DNA of 8,427 bases from an uncultured Gammaproteobacteria bacterium (GTDB lineage: Bacteria > Patescibacteriota > Microgenomatia > Daviesbacterales > UBA10151), in assembly GCA_964522265.1 (NCBI GenBank), contig CAZFVS010000042.1:1-8427 (forward strand), read 5' to 3'. Every line of letters begins with the position of its first letter. Position 1 is the stretch's first letter. Shown in pieces: positions 5,018 to 8,427 of the stretch. The position numbers and the translations under genes were made by a program. Below the pieces are notes generated by a model. That model was not told the origin of the DNA. It did no database searches and was given only the letters and a program-made list of their open reading frames with translations.

Positions 5018-7157
5018 AAGACAATTTACAATTTACAATTTTCAATTTTCAATGAAAATTTCAAAAGTGAATGTTCAGTTAACAATAATTATTTTATTGA
5101 CAATTTTCGCTTATTCCAATATTTTCTCAAACGGTTTTGTGATTGATGATAAGAGTTTTATTGGGGGTTGGGAGGGGACTAAAAGTTTAGCAAACATCCC
5201 GAAATTTTTTGAGGGCAATGTTCCGCCGGGTCATGAAGGGGTTTACAGGCCCTTAAGAAGCGTGCTTTATGCAGTATATTACCAGGTGTTTGGCACAAAT
5301 ATTTTTGGTTACCACCTTCATTCTTTATTGGTGCATCTGGCAGCAACTATGCTGGTGTATTTTATAATCCAGGCTATTTTTGCGACATATAAGACTGATA
5401 AGTCATATAAGACCTATATTCCTTTTGTCACTGCCCTTTTTTTTGGCCTCCACCCCATCCATACAGAAACCATTACATATATAGCTTCGGGGATGGATGC
5501 AACAGGTATGATGCTTATGTTTTTATCCTTCTACCTATACCTTCGGGCACAACTCACCCCGGGGGTGAAGAAAATGCAGTTACACCCCCGGGGTGTAATC
5601 CTGGGAGCCTCAGTATTTTCTGCATTGGCAGCCTATTTTACCAATGAAACCACACTTATTTTGCCACTGCTGTTAATGCTGTATGATGTCTGTCTTCAAA
5701 ATCGTAAATCTTCAATCCTAAATCTTAAATCACTTGTAAAATATAGTCCATATTTGCTGGGAGTTATTTTATATTTAGGAATTAGATTTTTCGGTTTGCA
5801 TATCAGCTCAAGAGGGCCGTATCTTGCAGACAGCATCTATTTAACCGTACTCACCATGACTAAAGTGTTTGTAAAATATATCTCCCTTATGTTTTTGCCT
5901 TTAAACCAGGCAAACAACCATGCTGTTTCTAAAGGGATCGAGGCATTTGTTTACAGGGGTTACAGCCCTGATGCAATAAAGGCCCAAACATTATTTGATG
6001 CAGAAATATTACTCAGTGTTGTTGTTATTGTTGCACTTCTCATGTTTGCCTGGAAGATGAAGAAGAAACTACCCATTGTAACTTTTGGGATTGGATGGTT
6101 TTTTATTTCTCTTTTGCCTGTATCTGAAATTGTCCCGCAGGGCTCAATGTTGGGTGAGAGGTTTTTGTATATACCGTCGTTTGGGTTTTGCTTGCTGTTG
6201 GGATTGTTTTTTAGGGAGGTCATACGACGTATCAGACTTATTGGTCTCATAGGACTTATAGGACTGATAGTTTTTTACTCGGTTCAGACTTATCAACGGA
6301 ACAAAGATTGGCATGATGAACTAACTCTTTGGTCTAAAGATATCGCAGTCTATCCTGATGAAAATGCCTACGCATATTTTCAACTGGGGAATGTTTATCT
6401 GGAAAATAACCAGCTGGATGAAGCACTCTCCAACTATAATCGTTCTTTTGAAATCAACCCTCATTTTGCAGTGGCTGTTGCAAGTGCAGGCAGGGTTTAT
6501 GAGCGGCAGGACAATAAAGATGAGGCGGTAAGAAACTATCAAAAAGCCATAGATACAGACCCTAATTTTTGGGAAGGGTATATTATTTTAGGGGCTATAA
6601 ATATTGAGAATGGCAACTTTGATATTGCAAGTAAATATTATCAAAAACTTGCTGCAATTTATCCGCAGTATACTGCTGCTAAAGATATTTTAGAACAGCT
6701 TTCCAGGATCGAACCGGGTACTAAAAATCTCAAAGTAAGAGAGGGTGGTATCTATCAGGCATTCAGTAATGGGGCAGTTGCACTGACATATCCTGCGGGT
6801 TGGAAATTTAGAGACGGCAAGACAGAGTTTAAACTTACAGACAGAGATGAGAAACTAAAGATTGATATTAAAAAAACTGAAACGAAAGAAAGTTCCCTTA
6901 CGGACTATCTTGAATCAAGAAAAGATACTTTTGGGTTATTGAAGAACCAAGGGTCGGCTAAAATACCTCAATTTGACAATTCTTTTGTAAAAGTCTGGCA
7001 GGATCCCGTGGAGGGGGATATTTTAAAATTGCAGTTTTTCCTTTTAAAAGGAAGTGATATTTTAGAGATTTTAGTTTATCCGGCAGATTCGCCTTTGATG
7101 GGTCAATTTAATGAGATTTTAGCAAGTATTAAAATAGTAACATCACCCAAAAAATGA
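5004..7157 (+). CDS. Polytopic GT-C-type glycosyltransferase with three TPRs (TMTC-like), paralog 2, plus an extra C-terminal domain; alternative start ATG 5052
   Basis: Same motif series as paralog 1: 'AYSNIFSNGFVIDDKSFI' (DD 5145-5150), 'YRPLR', 'GLHPIHTETI' (5451-5468), 'GERFLYIPSFGF', 'NKDWHDE', then TPRs. It is collinear with paralog 1 along the whole membrane domain. ATG 5004 has a good SD. ATG 5052 gives an N-terminus that aligns better with paralog 1. Confidence 0.85.
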   Translation: MLNHERQFTIYNFQFSMKISKVNVQLTIIILLTIFAYSNIFSNGFVIDDKSFIGGWEGTKSLANIPKFFEGNVPPGHEGVYRPLRSVLYAVYYQVFGTNIFGYHLHSLLVHLAATMLVYFIIQAIFATYKTDKSYKTYIPFVTALFFGLHPIHTETITYIASGMDATGMMLMFLSFYLYLRAQLTPGVKKMQLHPRGVILGASVFSALAAYFTNETTLILPLLLMLYDVCLQNRKSSILNLKSLVKYSPYLLGVILYLGIRFFGLHISSRGPYLADSIYLTVLTMTKVFVKYISLMFLPLNQANNHAVSKGIEAFVYRGYSPDAIKAQTLFDAEILLSVVVIVALLMFAWKMKKKLPIVTFGIGWFFISLLPVSEIVPQGSMLGERFLYIPSFGFCLLLGLFFREVIRRIRLIGLIGLIGLIVFYSVQTYQRNKDWHDELTLWSKDIAVYPDENAYAYFQLGNVYLENNQLDEALSNYNRSFEINPHFAVAVASAGRVYERQDNKDEAVRNYQKAIDTDPNFWEGYIILGAINIENGNFDIASKYYQKLAAIYPQYTAAKDILEQLSRIEPGTKNLKVREGGIYQAFSNGAVALTYPAGWKFRDGKTEFKLTDRDEKLKIDIKKTETKESSLTDYLESRKDTFGLLKNQGSAKIPQFDNSFVKVWQDPVEGDILKLQFFLLKGSDILEILVYPADSPLMGQFNEILASIKIVTSPKK
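5021..5053. repeat. Tandem 7-8 nt repeat (A)CAATTT(T), about 4.3 copies, between the two candidate starts of paralog 2
   Basis: The units are acaattt (5021-5027), acaattt (5028-5034), acaatttt (5035-5042), caatttt (5043-5049) and caatg (5050-5054). The final partial unit runs into ATG 5052-5054. Confidence 0.8.
5388..5414. repeat. In-frame 9-bp tandem repeat x3 (tataagact / gataagtca / tataagacc) encoding YKT-DKS-YKT
   Basis: 'catataagac' occurs exactly at 5386-5395 and at 5404-5413. 'ataag' recurs with a 9-nt period at 5389, 5398 and 5407. Confidence 0.75.
5555..5595. repeat. Perfect 13-bp GC-rich inverted repeat (CACCCCGGGGGTG ... CACCCCCGGGGTG) with a 15-nt spacer, in-frame inside paralog 2
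   Basis: The reverse complement of 5583-5595 equals 5555-5567 exactly. Each arm is 11/13 G+C against an AT-rich background, and each arm is also nearly self-complementary. The spacer is aagaaaatgcagtta. Confidence 0.85.
6228..6272. repeat. In-frame 9-bp tandem repeat x5 (cgtatcaga cttattggt ctcatagga cttatagga ctgatagtt) encoding RIR-LIG-LIG-LIG-LIV
   Basis: Direct reading of the sequence. The units share the pattern C-T/G-N-A-T-N-G/A-G-N. The array lies in the TM helix that follows the ERFLYIPSFGF motif. Confidence 0.7.
6366..6671 (+). other. Three consecutive 34-aa tetratricopeptide repeats of paralog 2
   Basis: AYAYFQLGNVYLENNQLDEALSNYNRSFEINPHF / AVAVASAGRVYERQDNKDEAVRNYQKAIDTDPNF / WEGYIILGAINIENGNFDIASKYYQKLAAIYPQY. 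Confidence 0.85.
6711..7154 (+). other. Paralog-2-specific C-terminal soluble domain of about 148 aa and unknown function
   Basis: Paralog 1 has no counterpart; its tail after the TPRs is only about 35 aa. The sequence alternates polar and hydrophobic residues and looks beta-rich (AVALTYPAGWKF, EFKLTD, LKIDIKK, FVKVWQDP, LKLQFFLLKG, ILEILVYP). The 'Y-P-x-G-W' opening resembles PsbP/DcrB(DUF1795)-type domains, but that resemblance is weak. Confidence 0.5.
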
Positions 7158-8427
7158 TTGGTCTTATATTGTCAAGGGTTTATCAGTATTTATTGGTTCT
7201 TACGGTAATACTTCTTTTTTACGGAAATACTTTAGGTAACGGATTTGTTTACGATGACCCTGCGTTTATTACGAATAATGACTTAGTTCATAGTTTATCA
7301 AATATCCCAAAAATACTTACTGGATGTTTAATGGGTTTTTCGGGTGCAACCTGCCAGGATGCAGGAGTCTATTATCATCCGTTTTTATTTCTACAGTTTT
7401 TGTTTACTTATCAAATTTCGCCAGATCCATTTTTATTCCATGCAGTAAATTTATTAATTTTATCAGGAACAATCATGCTGGTACTGATTTTTTTTGAAAA
7501 GATTTTTGGAAAAGGATTGTTACCTATTCTGGCGGTGCTGCTAGTACTTATAAATCCTATCAACTCCGAGATTGGTAACTTTGTTTCTGCAGTAAATGAT
7601 CAATACTTGGTGATATTTTTTATTTTAGGCTTTTTAAGCCTGATAAAATTTTCAAAAACAGGAACTAAAAAGTATCTTTATCTGTCTTTATTTTTTTACT
7701 TTCTGGATTTAATAGCCAAAGAATCAGCAGTATTTTTATTTATTCCGGGTCTATTTTACTACAGATTTCTTACAAAATCAAAAAGCAAGCTTCCATTATA
7801 TAAATTAGTCATGTGGTATCTTATCCCGCTCGTGTTCTATTCGGGTTTAAGAATTGTTGTACTGGGAAAGTTGATCCATAATTTAACCGGTTATCATGAT
7901 ATGGATTTTTTTACCCAAATTTTAACCGGAATCTCAATTTACCCATTATATTTATCAAAACTGTTATATCCTTTGCCCCTTAATGCTCAACACGATCCTC
8001 TTGTGATAAGGAGCATGAACCTGAGGTTTTATCTATCTTTAGGGTTTTGGATTGTAAATGGTTGGTTGGCTTATCTTCTAATCAGAAAAAAGCTGTACCG
8101 GATATTATTTGGTTTCAGTTTAATTTTTTTATCGCTTGTGCCGGTGCTTATTTTAATCAATAAAATCGGGCGGTTTATTTTAGCCGAGAGGTATCTATTT
8201 TTACCAAGCATCGGCTTTTCACTGGTTGTTGTTGGATTCATGGTTAAGATTTTAGGAGCACACCTGAAAAATGTTAGGCTAAAATATATTCTTGTTGGGT
8301 TGTTTTTGATATATGTTGCGGGTAGTTGGTGGGTTGTATTCAACAGAAACAGAGACTGGAAGAATGAATTTACTTTTAACAAAAGTATAGCGGCATTCAC
8401 ACAAGATAACTTTGGGGTTTTGTATAA
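7154..8427 (+). CDS. Polytopic GT-C-type glycosyltransferase (TMTC-like), paralog 3, divergent; 3' end beyond the window. It is not in the supplied ORF track because no stop falls in the window
   Basis: I translated the frame by hand from ATG 7154 and found no stop through 8425. The ATG overlaps the TGA of the upstream gene (ATGA, 7154-7157), and the frame is closed upstream by TAA at 7130-7132. It shares the family motifs: 'FYGNTLGNGFVYDDPAFI' (DD 7253-7258), 'AERYLFLPSIGF' and 'NRDWKNE'. The position of HPIHTE is occupied by 'NPINSE' (7553-7570). Confidence 0.8.
   Translation, partial: MIGLILSRVYQYLLVLTVILLFYGNTLGNGFVYDDPAFITNNDLVHSLSNIPKILTGCLMGFSGATCQDAGVYYHPFLFLQFLFTYQISPDPFLFHAVNLLILSGTIMLVLIFFEKIFGKGLLPILAVLLVLINPINSEIGNFVSAVNDQYLVIFFILGFLSLIKFSKTGTKKYLYLSLFFYFLDLIAKESAVFLFIPGLFYYRFLTKSKSKLPLYKLVMWYLIPLVFYSGLRIVVLGKLIHNLTGYHDMDFFTQILTGISIYPLYLSKLLYPLPLNAQHDPLVIRSMNLRFYLSLGFWIVNGWLAYLLIRKKLYRILFGFSLIFLSLVPVLILINKIGRFILAERYLFLPSIGFSLVVVGFMVKILGAHLKNVRLKYILVGLFLIYVAGSWWVVFNRNRDWKNEFTFNKSIAAFTQDNFGVLY

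Noticed and set aside
5021-5060. Heptamer repeat read as a sigma70-type promoter (TTTACA ... TTCAAT)
   Set aside because: The only -35/-10 pairing with roughly 17-nt spacing places the -10 over ATG 5052 itself, so it could not drive that start. The matches are what AT-rich repeats give by chance.
672-5414. Repetitive variable loops in the paralogs read as diversity-generating retroelement (DGR) targets
   Set aside because: The window contains no reverse transcriptase and no template-repeat/variable-repeat pair with adenine-specific differences. The loop sequences of the two paralogs are unrelated rather than near-identical.
519-5592. Recurrent CCCGGG hexamers (519-524, 2038-2043, 5558-5563, 5587-5592) read as a restriction/modification or uptake signal
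   Set aside because: There are only four copies. Two belong to the inverted repeat already reported, and one encodes the conserved PPG motif. That is too few to tell apart from chance or codon constraints without genome-wide counts.
5555-5600. GC-rich hairpin read as a rho-independent terminator
   Set aside because: No T-tract follows the stem (the downstream sequence is taatcctggga). It lies in-frame in the middle of a conserved CDS whose downstream half carries essential family motifs.
5960-6542. Minus-strand ORFs 5960-6250 (96 aa) and 6321-6542 (73 aa)
   Set aside because: Both are antisense to paralog 2, whose frame is validated by motif-level collinearity with paralog 1. They have no motifs and no independent start context.
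8071-8400. Minus-strand 109-aa ORF
   Set aside because: It is antisense to the hand-translated plus-strand frame 7154-8427. That frame carries the family motifs in this very interval (AERYLFLPSIGF, NRDWKNE).
1-8427. CRISPR array, mobile element, tRNA/rRNA or other ncRNA
   Set aside because: All repeats found are under 30 nt, intragenic, and lack repeat-spacer periodicity. There is no transposase, integrase or terminal-inverted-repeat pair. The window has essentially no non-coding space, the largest gap being 6 nt.

Overview
The window is AT-rich (about one-third G+C by eye). It is filled end to end by six co-directional plus-strand genes that abut or overlap, with no intergenic gap over 6 nt, so it reads as one translationally coupled operon. 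The junctions are: TAA, 2 nt, ATG at 2048/2051; 6 nt at 2902/2909; a 14-nt overlap at 5004-5017; and an ATGA overlap at 7154-7157.

All six products appear to be membrane-associated glycan-assembly enzymes:
- (1) the 3' part of a Dpm1/GtrB-type GT2 polyprenyl-phosphate sugar synthase;
- (2) a polytopic GT-C-type glycosyltransferase with three C-terminal TPRs, resembling metazoan TMTC O-mannosyltransferases;
- (3) a zinc-ribbon, class I SAM methyltransferase with a C-terminal TM anchor;
- (4) one 702-aa ORF fusing a second Dpm1-like GT2 domain to a PMT_2/ArnT-like polytopic GT-C domain and a Cys-rich tail;
- (5) a second TMTC-like GT-C/TPR paralog with an extra C-terminal domain of about 148 aa;
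- (6) a third, more divergent paralog that is missing from the supplied ORF track because it runs off the 3' edge (7154..8427).

I found no rRNA, tRNA, CRISPR array, transposase, integrase or convincing terminator.

The main system-level hypothesis is a self-contained prokaryotic protein or envelope O-glycosylation module. It would combine lipid-linked sugar donor synthesis, methylation and several TPR-guided extracytoplasmic GT-C transferases. As far as I know this has not been characterised in bacteria or archaea.

Several small structured repeats sit in-frame inside the paralogs: an AT-rich 27-nt-arm hairpin, a GC-rich perfect 13-bp inverted repeat, 9-bp tandem arrays, and a heptamer array between two candidate starts.

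All family assignments come from motif recognition by eye, with no database search. The low G+C and compact overlapping genes suggest an uncultivated small-genome lineage (CPR/Patescibacteria-like or DPANN-like), but that is only a guess.
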